In this document: piece after piece, positions 63,366 through 64,000 of the stretch
Numbering within the stretch: position 1 is the stretch's first letter
Layout: each line of letters begins with the position of its first letter
Source: Cystobasidiomycetes sp. EMM_F5
Taxonomy: Eukaryota
Length of the DNA: 64,000 bases
Direction of reading: 5' to 3'
Assembly (NCBI GenBank): GCA_051047955.1
Contig: JBPGPT010000015.1
Coordinates: forward strand, 1 to 64,000
The notes under the pieces: generated by a model
Database searches by the model: none
What the model was told of the DNA's origin: nothing
What the model saw: the letters and a program-made list of their open reading frames with translations, nothing else
Translations under genes and position numbers: made by a program

Positions 63366-64000
63366 CAGGCATGTAAGGTAAGGAATGTGAAAGACGTGGA
63401 GACAAAAAGAAAGAAAGAGACGAAATTTTGAAAGGAGACGACCAGACAAAAAGGAACGAAGAGACGAAATGTGAACCTCGTGATGTCAACAACTTGGTGG
63501 CATGTGCTATTGCTTATGTCGAATATTGTAACCCAGAGTTCTTCGTAGTCCTACACCGTTTAGACGTTCCTAAATGCCATTATGCTCCGTTGCACGTAGA
63601 GGTCTTATCGTAAGGCAGCACGGCATGCTAGCTACAGTGACAATGCCACTTGTTTCCTTCAACTTATCTCAATTTGGCAAAGAGTTTTGGCGCGGCCTGT
63701 AAAGTGAAGCATTGGTCAGCATCCTCGCTCCAACAAGTATCGCGAACATGCAGACGTACACATGTGTCCACACAGTGCATCAAGTGGACTGCATTCAGTT
63801 TCGGACAGACATCAGTACAGCTCGAAGTAAGCCGATAGTATCGTGTCCTGCTCACATAGCTCCTCGACGCAATCTTCGTTGTGGTGACCCTTGCCTGCGT
63901 TGACACGCTCGGAGCAGTGCTCAAAGTGATGCTTGATGTTGACACACTCTTTTGAATCGGCGCATTCTGTTTGTTACAGGTTCCCAGAGCGTGAGCGTAG

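Overview
Gene-dense, intron-rich fungal genomic DNA. It is probably a basidiomycete, judged from short GT-AG introns with CTRAC branch points, micro-exons and occasional GC donors. About 22 protein-coding genes can be recognised. Bases 1-2960 are an accessory mosaic: a G/purine-rich minisatellite, short tandem repeats, a 420-bp near-identical copy of the neighbouring transporter's 3' end, a broken alpha-helical pore-forming-toxin-like exon pair, and a possible Helitron-type 3' terminus. Bases 3021-17357 form a candidate nitrogen-scavenging cluster: two Dal5/ACS-family MFS permeases, a 5-oxoprolinase, a Zn2Cys6 regulator and a fructosyl-amine/pipecolate/sarcosine-oxidase-family flavoenzyme, with GATA- and TTCCG-rich promoters. 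The rest is mostly housekeeping: Ap4A phosphorylase, HisRS (probable ACG-initiated mitochondrial isoform), an ACU-like K+/Na+ P-type ATPase, bS21m, two more Zn2Cys6 factors, GT34, Atg15, a Pil1-like protein, a CDK-like kinase, GST, Spt2, Scc4/Mau2, Fyv10, Elp5, cyclophilin and a DHHC palmitoyltransferase. The last ~2.5 kb looks degenerate. All family calls come from motif recognition by eye, and the boundaries of spliced genes are approximate.
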